DNA of 64,000 nucleotides, taken from assembly GCF_004010195.1 (NCBI RefSeq), contig NC_057753.1:5313435-5377434 (forward strand), written 5' to 3'. A program made the translations under genes and the position numbers. Source of the stretch: Chiloscyllium plagiosum. Taxonomy: Eukaryota. Shown here in pieces: positions 23,561 to 38,129 of the stretch (its first letter is position 1; each line of letters begins with the position of its first letter). The notes below the pieces were generated by a model. That model made no database searches. It saw only the letters and a list, made by a program, of their open reading frames with translations, and was not told the DNA's origin.

Positions 23561-25560
23561 ATATGCTATCAGGCCTTCATCTCAAGTGTACCATCTACGA
23601 GCTAATAGTCCCCCGATGGTGTATGGGAAGGCTTCACATGTCAGAGTGTGCCAATACTTTCGAGGATGATAGCTGTTTCTTTACTTTCCTGAAAGCTATG
23701 GCGTGGCTCCACAATCAGTCCCAAAGCTGACCCTTTTTAAAGAGTTCATGCAAAAATGGAGGCTAGGTTATTGTGGGAAAAGATTTGGTAACCCACGATA
23801 GGCCCACAACAGCAAATTGGCCAAATTGTACCAGGACACCCAGAATTCCCGAGCAGCTCACAAACTGGTTCAGACGGTACACAGGCAATGGAATACGCTT
23901 TCAAGCTCCCATGGACATGACAAGAGATCTCAAAGCCCTCAGGGCAGTTTCACAACCCAGCAATACCCTAAAGCCACACAAAGAGCAGGACAGACAGACA
24001 GACAGGCACCACAGGACAATGGAAGCACCTCACCACTTCAGGAAAGACTTTAACACCGACCTGGGAAGATGAATGGAACTATGATACTGTCAGGATGTTG
24101 CATTGTGTGAAGGAACAGGACATTCATCCAATAAACTGTTTTCCAATTAGCACCCTTGCAACTAAAATACTCCATTTCCAGATACATTGTATTGTCTCAT
24201 TTCTTAATCAGTGTCATTGTGCAGCATAACTATCATCCTCAGCTGAGGTCTCATCCTCGGCTCTGGGAGGAGAAATCAAATTCTCTGTGCAGACTGTCAG
24301 TTCTGTGTCAGCTGGTCGGTTTTCTCCTCCAGTGATATCACTTGCAATAAACTGTTTGTCAATTTCACTTCGAGCTGTGTTTTGTGATCTCTAACCTACT
24401 GGGCAAATTTCTCCAACAGTTACGTTTGAACTTTCTGGAATAATTCACCAGCCCGAGGAAAGCTCTAAGCTCTGATACAGAGGTGGAAGCTGTAGCGTCT
24501 TTGATCGCCCGATCAGGTCAAATAGGTCACTTGGGGTGCATTGAACATGTGTATTTCACTTCTATGCTTGTTTGGGAGCAAGTCCAAGAGTAAATCCAAA
24601 TCCCCTTAATGCTCCCTATCAGTTGTCACTGTTATTAGCTTGTCAGCCAGATAAATAGTGATCTGGGGGGTGAGTAGACCTTGTAAAATGTTTTCCATTG
24701 TCCCCTGATAAATTGCACAGGCTGGTGATAGCCCAAATGGCCGTCTTGTATATTAGTACAAATACTTACGGAGGTTTTGTTTACTTCTGGGAGGACTCGT
24801 ATAACCAAATGTTTGGCCCGGCTTGTGCCCAGCTTCATGAAGGAACGCCGCCAGCTTTGCATATAAATCCTCAATGCGAGAGATTGAGTATCTATCCAAC
24901 TGCGAAGAGCAGTTCACCGTTTGCTTCAAGTCCCCACAAAGGTGAACTGACCTGTCTGCCCATTCCACAGACTGGAGCGATTTGAAGATTCCTTTGCTTT
25001 CCAGCCTCCTGATGTTTGCCTCTACCTTTGCCCGTAAGGCGAGCGGCACTGGGTGGGCCTTGCAGAGGCGTGGAATTGTTTCCTGGTCAATGTGCAAGAT
25101 GGTCTTGGCCACTTTGACAGCCCCTAGACCTTCCTGAAAAAAAAACTTCTGAGTATTTAATTAGGACTTCACTCAGGCAACCATTTTCTAATCAAAAAAG
25201 AAATCTAAGTGAACTTTTCTCAACCAATTTCACCCCATCAGGCTTGGGCCTGAGCTTTTGACTACAATCTGTGGTAACTGAACCGGCTGCTCCTCAGACC
25301 AGAACCAACGTTGTACCCTAAATCTGTGTAGGTTCCCCGATACAGGTTCTCAGTCCAGCTGAAGTCTTGCGCAAATTTAAGTGTTGGAGTCCAGAGTGAA
25401 TTTTGTTAAAGACTGGCTGTGCTGGCCTCGACCTCCATTAGAACTGGGTGACCATTTAACCAAATGTTATTGTGATTTGTTCTGATTCAAATGTTGCTCA
25501 GCAAGTTAACTGTTCCAAATCAGATGTAGCTGGGCTTTCCAAGGTGTGAACTCTTATGGA

Positions 25561-25715
25561 GGAGAAAGTGAGGTCTGCAGATGCTGGAGATCAGAGATGG
25601 AAATGTGTTGCTGGAAAAGCGCAGCAGGTCAGGCAGCATCTAGGGAACAGGAGAATCGACGTTTCGGGCATTAGCCCTTCTTCAGGAAAGGCTTTTCCAG
25701 CAACACATTTCCATC
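25561..25715. mobile_element. PLE-derived insert with minus-strand hammerhead core
   Basis: Perfect 16-bp TSD TGTGAACTCTTATGGA at 25545-25560 and 25716-25731; core CUGAAGA-AGGGC-UAAU-GCCC-GAAAC-GUC at 25654-25689 (-). Confidence 0.85.
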
Positions 25716-26073
25716 TGTGAACTCTTATGGATCCTGGCTGAGGAGTTCTCTTACTCAATTTAGGTCTTTTGCTATCTCAAGTCCACATACCGGCAGCAAT
25801 TACAATGGCTTGCCCACCCGGATCCTGAAGAAAATTTGGATGGCCAAGCCTGTTTTGGGGTTTTGCGATGGGATGACCTGGAGTCCCTCTGTCAGGATAT
25901 GCCCTGAGTGAGGCCATGTGATTGCCTTCACTCAAGTGGTGTTTCCCTAAGCTTGGTTGGACTGGGGAGGATGTCCATTTCCATCAGAATACTCTGCAAC
26001 TCATATGCTGCACTTGCCACACTTTCCAACGATAAAGCCAGTTGTAGTGCCTGTTTGGAGTCCAGGAAGCCTT

Positions 26074-27840
26074 CATAGAAGATAGGACAATACAGCGCAG
26101 AACAGGCTCTTTGGCCCTTGATGTTGCGCCGACCTGTGAACTAATCTAAGCCCATCCCCCAACACTATCCCATCATCATCCGTGTGCTTATCCAAGGATT
26201 GTTTAAACCTCCCTAATGTGGCTGAGTTGACTACATTAGCAGGTAGGGCATTCCACGCCCTCACCACTCTCAGCGTAAAGAACCTGCCTCTGAAATCTGT
26301 TTTAAATCTATCATCCCTCAATTTGTCGCTATGCCCCCTCGTACAAGCTGACATCATCATTCTCAGTGCGGCCGCACCAGCGTTTTGTATAGTTGCAGCA
26401 TGATATTGCGGTTCCGGAACTCAATCCCTCTACAAATGAAACCTAGCACACCGTATGTCTTCTTAACAGTACTATCAACCTGGTGGCAACTTGCAGGGAT
26501 CTATGTACATGGACTCCAAGATCCCTCTGCGCATCCACACTACCAAGAATCTTTCCATTGACCCAGTACTCTGCCTTCCTGTTATTCTTCCCAATGTGAA
26601 TCACCTCACATTTAGCTGCATTGAACTCCATTTGCCACCTCTCAGCCCAATTCAGCAGTTTATCCAAGTCCCCTGCAACCTGTAACATTCTTCCACACTG
26701 TCCACTATTTCACCAACTTTAGTGTCCTCTGCAAACTTACTAATCCATCCACCTATGCCTGTGTCTAAATCATTTATAAAAATGACAAACAGCAGTGGTC
26801 CCAAAACAGATCCTTGTGGCACACCACAAGTAACCGGACTCCAGGCTGAATATTTTCCATCAACCACCACTAGCTGCCTCCTTACAAAAAGCCAGTTTCT
26901 AATCCAAACTACTAAATCACCCTCAATCCCATGCCTCTGCATTTTCTCCAACAGCCTATCATGTGGAACCTATCAAAGGCTTTACTGAAGTCCATGTATG
27001 CCATGTCAACTCTCTACCCTCATCTACATGCTTGGTCACCTTGTCAAAAAAACTCAATGAGGTTTGTAAAACATGACCTGGCCTTGATGAAACCATGTTG
27101 ACTATCTGCAGTCAAATTGTTGCTTGCTAGATGATTATAAATCCTATCTCTCATAATCCTTTCCAAAATCTTTCCTACAACAGATGTAAGGCTCACTGGT
27201 CAATAATTACCTGGGTCATCTCTACTGCCCTTCTTGAACAAGGGCACAACATTTGCAATCCTCCAGTCCTCTGGTACCAAAACCTGTAGACAATGACACC
27301 TCAAAGATCGAAGCCAAAGGCTCCAACACCTCCTCCCTCGCTTCCCAGAGAATCCTCGGATAAATCCCATCTGGCCCAGGGGACTTGTCTACTTTCACTA
27401 ATTCTAGAATTGGTAACACCTAACCTTTACTAACGTTGATCCTTTCTCATCTAATATTTCGTATCTCATTCTTCTCCTCACAATATTCTCCTTGAGTGAA
27501 AACAGATGAGAAATATTCATTTCTCCGATCTCCGATCTCCACAGGGTCCACACATAATTTCCCATTTCTGTCTTTGACTGGCCCTACTCCTACCTAATCA
27601 TCCTTTTATTCCTCGCATACCGATAGAAAGCTTTAGGGTTCCCCTTTATTCTACCTGCGAAAGACCGCTCATGGACCCTCCCTACTCTTCTTAACTCTCT
27701 CTTTAAATCCTTCCTAAATAATCTGTAACTCTCCATCGCCTCATCATCCATCACATAAGCCTCCCTCTTCCACTTATCAAGAGATGCAATTTCTGTAGTA
27801 AACCACGGCTCCCTTACCTTATCACTTCCTTCCTGTCTGG
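26074..27840 (-). mobile_element. CR1 LINE ORF2 fragment
   Basis: [55 protein letters not shown], 3' tail. Confidence 0.95.
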
Positions 27841-28913
27841 GTTACCATCAGTCTTTGTCTGTGGAAGGAGAAGTGTACATCTCTGGGAAAGTATTTCAAA
27901 CATCAGTGTGACTAGAACAAAACTGAGACAAACACAATCTACAGTCTGTGGGAGGAGATTTTACCAGTTAACCATCCCGAAAGTGCATTATTTCATTCAC
28001 AGCAGAGAGAGAGAGAGAGAGAGAACATAACTGTGTCGTGTGTGTGTATGAATTGATTGTTTCTCTCAGAGATAAGGAGAGTCAGGTCATGGAGAAACCA
28101 TAGAAATGTGGGGACTGTGGGAAGGGATTCAAATCCCCATCTGATCTGGAAAGTCATCGATGCACACACACTGGGGAGAGGCCATTCACTTGTTCCAAGT
28201 GTGTGAAGGCATTTGCTCACATGCCTAGCTTATGAATACATGAAAGAATTCACACCGGGGAGAAACCTCTCATCTGCTCCAAGTGTGGGAAGAGACTCGC
28301 TCATTCATCCAACTTAAATAAACACCAAAGAACACACACTGTTGAGCGACCATTCATCTGCTCTGAGTGTGGGAAAGGTTTTAATCAATTATCCACCTTG
28401 CGTGAGCGCCGGAGAACTCACACCGGGAAGAAACCATTCACCTGTCCTGTGTGTGAGAAGAATTTCACTCGGTTATCCAGGTTACACAGACACCAGAGAA
28501 GTCAGACTGGGGAGAGACCGTTCCCCTGCTGAGTGTGGAAAGAGCTTCAGAGAGGTGTCCAAACTTGCATGCACACCAGTGAACTCACAGCGGAGAAAAA
28601 TACATTCCCTTGCCCTGAGTGTGGACAGAAATTTTCGCAGCCAGCTTACAGAAACATCGGAGCACTCATTCCTGTCGGACAGGATTTACATGTATTTGGA
28701 AAGGCAAGAACTGATTAGGGATCATCAACATGGCTTTATGTGTAGGAAATCATTTCTCACAAAGTTGATTTAGTTTTTGAAGAAGTAAGGGGTCTGTTTC
28801 CATGCTGTATACCTTTATAACTCTATGACCCTAAGATTGTCACCTGCTCCGAGTGAGGTAAACAATTCTCTTGGTCATCCACTGTGCTGAGACACCAGCA
28901 AATGCACAAGTGA
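27840..28913 (+). pseudogene. C2H2 ZNF pseudogene
   Basis: [13 protein letters not shown] (TAG 28101), in-frame TGA 28233, frameshifts, (GA)n tract, CR1 piece at about 28676-28830, terminal HQQMHK*. Confidence 0.85.
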
Positions 28914-29854
28914 TGGCAGGGGTTAGATCTTGCAGTTATTGATACTGGTTAACACATCCAGGACTGAACGTGTGTATTAAACCTGAGCTGTTGAAGGAAT
29001 GTGCCCCAGCCACGCTCTTGACAGTTCTGGAATTAGAAAAGAAAGCCCCTTTACAATTGGGTTTCAAGTCCGGAAGGACACTGGTGGATGCTGGGAATAT
29101 GCTGACAGATCAGAGATTGGGGCTAAAGTGGGATCTGTTCCTGACTGAAGGTGAAATGGCAAGTTTAAATTTCCAATCTGAAAGTTATTATGGTCCGAGA
29201 GTTCAAACTGTTTACGATATTCTCCTGAGATGAAGTATCTGGCCAGTCTGTGTGTGCCTCTGCTGAAAGCAAATATGATGCACCAGGTAGAAACGATATA
29301 AACATTTTAGGCTAGAGATTGCAACTCACCAATTGTGTGCACATTAATTTGACAAAATATTTTGGTTTTATATATTTTATATGTTAGTTCCAGCTCTCAT
29401 TCATTCTCAGTCCCAAGGGCTCACCTTTTTTTCACTAAGTTCTTGTTGTCGCATTATTAAATCAGAAACAAATTAGTTATTAACTTTCAACTTGATCCTT
29501 GGAGACTAACATCGAACTTAAAATTCTCATATGTAGTAAACAGAGGGAAAGCTTTGGGAATAGGGTATAGTTTCTTTTATGGTTTCAGTTATGACAATAC
29601 TGGGTAAGTCCGATCCCAGAGTGAAACCTGTCCAGAATTTTAATTTTTTGCTATTTGTCTACTTTGGAGGTCAGTTGTTGAGGATATTCACAAAAGATTG
29701 TCAATGTACTTTTAACAAAATGAAAAACAAAGCTTATTAAGTAGAAAAAGACCATATTGCACTTTACTAGGACTACAAATGTCAGAATAATAGATTCAAC
29801 CTTTTATCTTCAACAACAATGTTACAGATAATTAAACCTCAGTCAAGTGTCTCA

Positions 29855-30478
29855 GTGTAGTGGACAGCGAAGAGGGTTACCTCAGATTACAACAGGATCT
29901 GGACCAGATGGGCCAATGGGCTGAGAAGTGGCAGATGGAGTTTAATTCAGATAAATGCGAGGTGCTGCATTTTGGGAAAGCAAAGCTTAGCAGGACTTAT
30001 ACACTTAATGGTAAGGTCGCAGGGAGTGTTGCTGAATAAAGAGATCTTGGAGTGCAGGTTCACAGCTCCTTGAAAGTGGAGTCGCAGGTAGATAGGATAG
30101 TGAAGAAGGCGTTTGGTATGCTTTCCTTTATTGGTCAGAGTATTGGGTACAGGAGTTGGGAGGTTATGTTGCGGCTGTACAGGACATTGGTTAGGCCACT
30201 GTTGGAATATTGNNNNNNNNNNNNNNNNNNNNNNNNNNNNNNNNNNNNNNNNNNNNNNNNNNNNNNNNNNNNNNNNNNNNNNNNNNNNNNNNNNNNNNNN
30301 NNNNNGTACAATTGCAACATTTAAGAGGCATTTGGATGGGTATATGAATAGGAAGGGTTTGGAGGGATATGGGCCGGGTGCTGGCAGGTGGGACTAGTTT
30401 GGGTTGGGATATCTGGTCGGCATGGAGGGGTTGGACCGAAGGGTCTGTTTCTGTGCTGTACATCTCTATGACTCTGAC
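29855..30478 (+). mobile_element. CR1/HER1 LINE 3' fragment (with gap)
   Basis: WAEKWQMEFN, QVDRIVKKAFGML, tail CTCTATGACTCT. Confidence 0.9.
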
Positions 30479-30898
30479 TCTATTTGGTTTCTGGAGCTTT
30501 TTCCTTATTATCTTCTAAACGGATCTAGATCAAACACATGGATTTTCCAAATGCTCAGCTTCCAGCAGTTTCCTGTTACAGGATGCTTGTCTCTTCAGCT
30601 ATTCCAGATGTTTTTCTATTTCCCCAGGCCCTGACTTTTCAGAGACTGCTAAACAAACAGTACCTTTATGCTCTGATTGAACTTGCACACACTGCCAGTC
30701 TTTCTGGGATGGTTCTGTCTTTTGTGATACTGGATTCCCGCAGCGAGGCAACAAATCCTCTTCTGCCCTTTTCTAATGCACTGGAAAATTCTGAAGGAAT
30801 TTAAGGACTTTATTTAGATGCATGTCAACAAAACATCAGAGAACCTAGAATCAAAGGTAAACGGGAATGTAGAGTTGATGTTGCGGTTAGATTGACTT

Positions 30899-31609
30899 TG
30901 TCCCATGAAGATGTGGGTGTACCTTTTAAGAGAGTTAAAAGCAGCAGAACTACTGGACACAGCACCAAGTGTTCTCAATAAGGCAACAATGTTATACTGG
31001 GTCGAACAACTCGATTAGTTCGTTGCCTGGAGACAAAAACAAATTCAAATTCGGCCAATCAGTTTAAATTATACCCCGAAAAATATCAAACGCTAATCTA
31101 GTTTGCCAGTATACTCAATTCAATCTTAAAAGCCAATGACACAATCCGATGCTCTGGGGTATAAAATGGGGAAAATCAAACAGTTAGGAGGAGAACTGCC
31201 AAGTCCTAGCACATGACAGGTTGCTGGAAAAAGTCTCTCTCTTAGGTTACTTTTCAATCAGTAACCTGTGATGCAGAAATTCCTAACAAGAAGAAAAGAA
31301 GACAAAGGAAGATCCGAAGACAAGAACCTACAGCTGCCTTGTTTTGAGATAAGTGTTGTTTTGTAAATTGTAATTGGGAGTTTTATCAGACTAGTATTAT
31401 AGAGGGGAAAGTAAAAGATAGGTTAGAGAAAGAAATTGTAAATAGTGGTTAGTTAATTATTCTCCGTTATACTTTAAGAAATAAAGTTGTTAATTTTTAC
31501 TTTATATAGTTCTTGGTCACTCGAATTTTTACAGATTACTGCACGGGATAAATCTCCTCTGTGTTGCTGGTTTTAAATTAAGCGGGAGAGTTTACCCCGT
31601 GTCGTAACA
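30899..31609 (+). mobile_element. Solo LTR
   Basis: TG...GTCGTAACA ends, CCAAT, GGGTATAAAA at about 31157, AATAAA; related inverted copy at 40936-41652. Confidence 0.7.
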
Positions 31610-31899
31610 CTACTGAATGTCAAGAGGCTGAATGGCCTTCTGCTAAGTTGTAAGTTCATATTTATAAATTTGTAGGTACGATTCATAATTTTACTTTTGA
31701 ATTCTATTCATGTCCCTTCTCAATATGAAATCAAAATAGAAATCAAACTTAAAGCAATATGCAATTTCGTTACTGGAGAAGCAAAGTTCCCAAACACATC
31801 CCACTTAAAAAGAAATGGTATTTTTAACTGGCATTTTCATTTTTGTTTTAGTTTCCTCGCCACTAAATCCATTCTTATGGAAATTTCACTTAAATGGTA

Positions 31900-32630
31900 A
31901 ACAGATTAACATTAAATACATAAAGATTTTCCATACCGATCTTATTTTTATACAGTAGTCTCATTCTGCACACGTCAATCTTGATGATGTGTTTCCCTTC
32001 ATATTTGCTCTTGGCCAAACATGCTATCTTTTCTCGCGATGTGACTGATTTTTAAATTGGAAGGTTATGGCATTAAACTCCAAGGGAACAGTCTCTACTT
32101 TCTGAAATCTTTGAATTAATGTGAGAGGACTATGAACCTTATAAAACATCAGTCTCTGCAGACTTATTTGATTTGTTGACTTCAGTGTTGCAGAGCCAGT
32201 ACCTAACTCAAGGTCTTCCTTCGCAGTTGAATCGTTCCATTTTGCATTTTAAAGAGAACAGCCATTGGATTCCCATGTCATCTTCTAATAATAGGCACCA
32301 ATATTCGTGTCACTGGTTTAACACTCAATATAAATGGCTGAGTATTACTTGATGCTGCTAAAACTAGTTGCAATAATCGGTACAGCTTGTAACTGTCATA
32401 AAACCTTGTCGATTCAGATGTCTTGCCTTTCTCAACAAGTCTGTCAAGTGAGCCATTACAGCTCTGAAATTCAGAACCAACACCCAAATAAGATCCACTT
32501 AGACCAATTGACTGCAAAACTTTGCATTTTTCTTAGACGTGGGAAAATCTAAGATAGCCCTTATTCTTGTTTCTCCAGTCGGTGTTATTCCGACAGTGTG
32601 GCCCAAGTCCCTTTTGAAATGGCAAATTCA
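31900..32630 (-). mobile_element. Highly decayed Gypsy RT/RNase H remnant
   Basis: Minus-strand peptides DLGHTVG, AILDFPTSKK, LNFRAVMAHLTDLLRK, VLAASSNTQPFILSV follow Gypsy pol order. Confidence 0.6.
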
Positions 32631-33539
32631 TAGTCATTGAGTAACACAGCACTGACCCTTTGTTCTGACTTCTCCAAATCTGACCTAATCCCATTTGCCA
32701 GCATTTGGCCTATATCCCGCTAGGGGTAGGGGTGTACTGTATGTGCTTATAACAAAATGGCCCATATCTGCTCATACAAAATGGCTGACAAACAGAAAAA
32801 GAGGCAGCCTGCCTTAGAATGAAAACACAAGATGGCTGACAGGAGATAAATAAGACTAACAATCTGTTCAAGCCTTTAATTAAAGAAAATGACAACATTT
32901 TTGAACAAAGTTACACCAAGGCCATGAGTACCCCATTCTAGATAGAACTGATACTAAAATAGACAAGCAACTAATCCTCACCCTCATTAATGGGAAAGTA
33001 ATTCCCAGTGAGTGAATGAACACCAGGAATGAGGTAAGCCCAGTCACCTCCTTGAGTCGTTACCTGAACAACAGTTATTATTATTTTGTCGATGTTTCTT
33101 TGAAATGAATTACTCTGCAATAGGTTCCGGTTAGAAATTCCCTTGGGAATCACAAGAGTAGTTTTCAGCATAAAACATATGCACATATAACCAACGCTTC
33201 ATAAAAGTATTAAAGAGAAAGCATTTAGACCTAGAAGTGAAAGTTAATTAGCTTCAGGAAATACCCTGAACAAAATAGATTGCTTGTAGCCCGAGGTACT
33301 AAGAATAGGAAAAGCTGTATTTAACCTTACACTTTGTAACTAACTTCCTAACAAAAATCAATATCACAAGTCTTATAGCAACGAGATGAAACTAACTCTC
33401 TTTTGTATTTTTTTATCCATAATTAGGACAGTGGGCAAGAAAGACTATTCACTGAATTGGATCAAGGCAGCACATGGAATACAATAAATAATCAAAATTC
33501 AAACCATCTCTATAGATGAAGCCAGCCTGAGAGGCCGAT

Positions 33540-34005
33540 AAGACATAGGAGTGGAAGTAAAGCCATTCGGCCCATTGAGTCCATTCCGCCATTTAATCAT
33601 AGCTGACGGGCATTTCAACGCCATCTACCTACACTCTCTCCATAGCCCTTAATTCCTTGCGAGTTCAAGAATTTATCACTCTCTGCCTTGAAGACGTTTA
33701 ACGTCCCAGCCTCCACTGCGCTCCGTGGCAATGAATTCCACAAGCCCATCGCTCTCTGGCTGATGAAATGTCTCCTCATTTCCGTTCTAAATTGACCCCC
33801 TCTAATTCTAAGGCTCCTAGTCCTAGTCTCCCCATCTAACGGAAACAATTTCCCAGCGCCCACCCTTTGTAAGCCATGCATTATCTTGTAAATTTCTATG
33901 AGATCTCCCCTCAACCTTCTCATTCAACTCGAATGAATACAATCCCAGGTCCTCAGCTGTTCATCGTATGTTAGGCCTACCAATCCGGGGATCATCCTTG
34001 TGCCC
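33540..34005 (-). mobile_element. CR1 LINE 3' end
   Basis: RRLRGDLIEIYKIM...FRTEMRRHFISQRAMGLWNSLP. Confidence 0.9.
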
Positions 34006-34199
34006 GAAGAAGCATACCGATAAACTTTGGAATGTGGATGAACAGGATGCATAGAAAGATCCCAAGGCCTAGCGAGGATAGTGCCTGTTAAACACCATGA
34101 GATCATGGCAAGTTGCAGCTGGTCAAATAGGTATCTGTCACTGATCAGGTGTTTTACTGGATTAGGTATATGGATTAGGAGGGAAGGACCGTAGTTATG

Positions 34200-35100
34200 C
34201 TGTAGCCCCTCAAATCTACACCCCATCCAACAAGGTCATGGTGGATCTGTTCCATGCCTCAGCTCCTCCTTAATGCCAGCACTTCATAGCCCTCAACTCC
34301 CAGCAATTTAAAAAAAAATATCTAGCTCCTCTTTTAATGGTTTCAGTGCTCTAGCCTCCACAACTGAGTGGGTTAGAGAATTCCCTACCTTCACTACCTT
34401 GTGGGAGGAGAAATTCCTTCACAGGTCAGCTGGGAAATGAGTGTTCCCTTATTATGCACCCCCCACCCCGACCGCCAGATTGAGACACCCCCTGCAAGTG
34501 AAAATAATTGTCAACACTTATCTTGTTAAGCTTTGTCAGAACCTTGCGAAAAGATGGTCTTGAAACTTGAAAGAATAAAGGCCTCATCTATTCAACCCTT
34601 TCATTCTAAGAAATCAGCCTGGTGAATCTCTTTCGGAATGCTACCAATTCCGAGGAACAGGGACAAAACCTGCGCACTGTCCTCCAGATCCAGCCTCACC
34701 GTACAACTGTTGCAAGACTTTTCTATTTTTAAACTCCAGACCCTGTCAATAAAGGCGAAAATGCAATTTGCATTAATCTGTAAAACACAGGAGCAGAATT
34801 AAGCCGTTTGGCCCACCGAGTCTGCTCCGCCATTTGATCACGGCTGACATGTTTCTCATCCCTCTTCTCCTGCCTTCTTCCCCACACCCTTGATTGCCTT
34901 TCTAATCAAGAACCCGTCTAACTCTGTCTTACAGATTGGATTAGGTTCCCTACAGTGTGGAAACGGGCCCTTCGGCCCAATCAGTCCACACCGACACTCC
35001 GAAGAGTAACCCAACCATTCCCCTACATATACCCCTTCACCTAACACTATGGGGCAATTTAGCACGGCCAATTCACCTAACCTGCACGTCTTTGGACTCT

Positions 35101-35131
<31 letters not shown>

Positions 35132-36530
35132 ATGCAGACACGGGGAGAATGTGCAAACTCCACACAGACAGTCGCCCAAGGCTGGAATTGAACCCGGGTC
35201 TGTGAGGCAGCAGTGCTCACCACTGTGTCACCATGCTGCCCCTTTACTCAATGACTTGACCTCCACAGCCTACTGTGGTAATGGGTCCCACAGATTAACC
35301 ACCCTCTGTTTGAGGACGTTGCTCCTTGCCTCACTTTACTTTGAGGCTCTGTCCCCTTGGATCCTAGTCTCTTGTACTCATGGAAGCTTCTTCTCCATGT
35401 CCCTTCTATCCAGGCCTCTCAGTGGTCTGTCAGTTTTAATGAGCTAGCCCCTCGTCCTTCCAAACTCCATCAGAGTCCTCAACCGCTCCGATGACGAGCC
35501 CTTCATCCCTCGGATCATTCTTGTCAATCTCTGCTGGAACCGCTCTCCCCCACCCCGAGGTCATCACATCCTTCCTTACATTAGGGGTCCAGAAATTGCC
35601 ACAATATTCCAAATGCTGTCTGCTGAGAGGCTTATACAGCCTCAGCAGCACATCTCTGCTCTTGTATTCTCACCCTCTTGAAATGAACGTTAACATTGCA
35701 TTTGCCTTCCTAACGGCGAAATGACCCTGCACATTAACCTTAAGAGAATCCTGAACTAGGACTCCTGAGTCCCTTTTGTGTTTCAGATTTCTGAGGCCTT
35801 CCCCCATTTAAAAGATTGCGTATGCCTCAATTCTTCCTAAGACATTGGTTAGGCCACTGTTGGAATATTGCGTGCAATTCTGGTCTCCTTCCTATCGGAA
35901 GGATATTGTGAAACTTGAAAGGGTTCAGAAAAGATTTACAAGGATGTTGCCAGGGTTGGAGGATCTGAGCTACAGGGAGAGGCTGAACAGGCTGGGGCTG
36001 TTTTCCCTGGAGCATCGGAGGCTGAGGGGTGACCTTATAGAGGTTTATAAAATCATGAGGAGCATATATGGGCCGGGTGCTGGCAGGTGGGACTAGATTA
36101 GGTTGGGATATCTGGTCGGCCTGGACTGGTTGGACCGAAGGGTCTGTTTCCATGTTGTACATCTCTATGACTCTATGACTCCAAATCTCTCACTTTCCAT
36201 CTGCTCCCTCTTTGGCCATTTTACTAGCCTTCCAAGCCCTTCTTCAGCTCCCCACCTCCACCACACCAGCTGTTCATCCACCTATCTTTGTGTCGCCTGC
36301 AAATGTAGCCCTTAGTTCCTTTGCAACATGGTTAACGTGTAACGTGAATAAGTTGTGGTCCCAACACTGACACCTGCAGAACTCTGCTGAATGTCAGTAC
36401 CTTGCTCCCAACCCCACAGGCTCTTATCTTATTCAGCCATCTCTTAGGCAGCAGCTTGTCAAAAGGCCTTCTGGAAATCCCTTTGTTTTACTTTGTCTAA
36501 CCTGCTGGACACCCCTTCAGGGATATCTCT
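34200..36530 (-). mobile_element. Old CR1 fragments with nested SINE (34935-35241 -) and CR1 tail (35838-36180 +)
   Basis: LRLYKPL..HLEYC..FW motif; nested SINE complete; nested CR1 VRPLLEYCVQFWSPSYRKD with internal deletion. Confidence 0.8.
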
Positions 36531-36799
36531 ATAATCCCTACAGAATCAAACACTGCAGAAGAGGTCCTTTGGCCCATTGAGTCTGTACTAGCAAAAAATA
36601 TATATACTATTATCTATACTTGTCCCATTTTCCCACAACCCCTGTAGGCTCTGCTGTACTTCCTGCTGGTGTCTCTCTTCGGACTGATCCGATGGACTCT
36701 CACCATTTCTCCCGGTTTCCCTTTGAATCTCCCACACTGCATCCAGAAGTGCCCTGATTTATTAGAGTGGGAGCACATGGGTCTGCAGGGGGAGGCATT

Positions 36800-37958
36800 A
36801 CACTTTGGTAGTACAAATTAGGACTTATACAGTTAATGGTAGTGTTGTAGAACAGAGAGACCTGGGGGTTCAGGAACATAATACTTGGAGATTTGAGTCA
36901 CTTGTAGGTTGGGTGGTTTTTCGCACACTTGTCTTCATTGCTCAGACAGAAGTTGGGGCATTATGTTGAGGTTATACAAGACATTGGTGAGGCCTCTTTG
37001 GGAGCACGATGTGTAGTTCTGGTCACCCTATTACAGGAAGGATATTATTAAACTGGAGAGGATTCAGAAAAGATTTACAAGGCTGATGCTGCCAGGAATG
37101 GAGGGTTTGAGATATTAAAATAAAAAAGACATGACTCACTCTCATGAGTATCCTCACACACAGATGAGGAAGGACACCACTTCAACTGGGACAACACACC
37201 CATCCTAGGACAAGCCAAACAGAGACACACACGAGAATTCCTAGAGGCGAGGCTGGAACTCTATCAACAAACACATCGACTTGGACACCCATTTACCACC
37301 CTTTGAGAGAAAGAACAGGAAATGACAGCACCAACACAGGAAATGACATTGCCAACCCAAGAAAACCTAAACACATAAATAGAAAGTGAGTTATAACACG
37401 AGTCCTTTACTGGAAGCTCACTGATAATGTTAGCGAGTGCAGTGACGAAACATCTGAAAACGAACCTTCCAGCTCAGTGAGCAAACTTACATCCAGAACC
37501 TCAACCTGAGCGACAAATCTTTTCAAAACTTGCTGAAATAAAAAGAGATTGGCAAGACTGAGACTTTTTTCACTGGAACGTAGAAGATTGAAAGGTGACC
37601 CGTATAGAGGTTTATAAAATCGTGAGGGGTGTTGATAAGGTGAATGGCAAGGGTCTTTTCCCTTGGGTGGGGGAGTTCAAAACTAGGGGGCGTATGTTTA
37701 AGCTGAGAGGAGAAAGATTTAAAAAGGACATGAGGAGCATCTTTTTTTATGCAGCGGATGGTTCATGTGGGGAATAAACTGCCAGAGAAAGTGTTGAGTG
37801 CAGATACAGTTACAATGTTTAAAAGACATTTAGATAAATTCAAGAACAGCAAAGGTTTGTAGGGATATGGGTCAAGTACAGGCAGGTGGAACTAGTTTAG
37901 TTTGGGCACATGGATGGCATGGACTGGTTGGGCCAAGGGTCTGTTTCCATGCTGCATG
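36800..37958 (+). mobile_element. CR1 3' fragment interrupted by a PLE tail
   Basis: EQRDLGVQ, IEVYKIVRGVDKV, tail GGGTCTGTTTCCATGCTG. Confidence 0.8.
37128..37535 (+). mobile_element. Penelope-like element, GIY-YIG C-terminus and 3' UTR
   Basis: HTDEEGHHFNWDNTPILGQAKQRHTREFLEA peptide; degenerate CTGA...GACGAAAC core; tail shared with the 51225 element. Confidence 0.75.
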
Positions 37959-38129
37959 GATTTTTGGTAAGAGGTTGTTCTCCCACCAGACTAGGGTTGG
38001 ACCTTGCACATCTTTGCTTGTACTCCCCTTTCCATGTGGACCTTCCCCATTTATCCAGCTTTCCCCTTGTCTCATCCCACTCATACAGAAAGTATCAGGC
38101 CACGTTTCTAGTCTCGCGAGTGAGGTCAT

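Larger units (their letters stand above)
20655..26065 (-). mobile_element. Degenerate Gypsy/Ty3 LTR retrotransposon (3' LTR, PPT, IN, RNase H, RT, protease/gag remnants)
   Basis: APYHHSSNGLAER (IN), YASRTL...YAQI (RNase H), VHLCGDLKQTVN...RIEDLYAKL (RT); PPT AGAGGGAGGAA abutting LTR start TGTAGT at 21226. Confidence 0.85.
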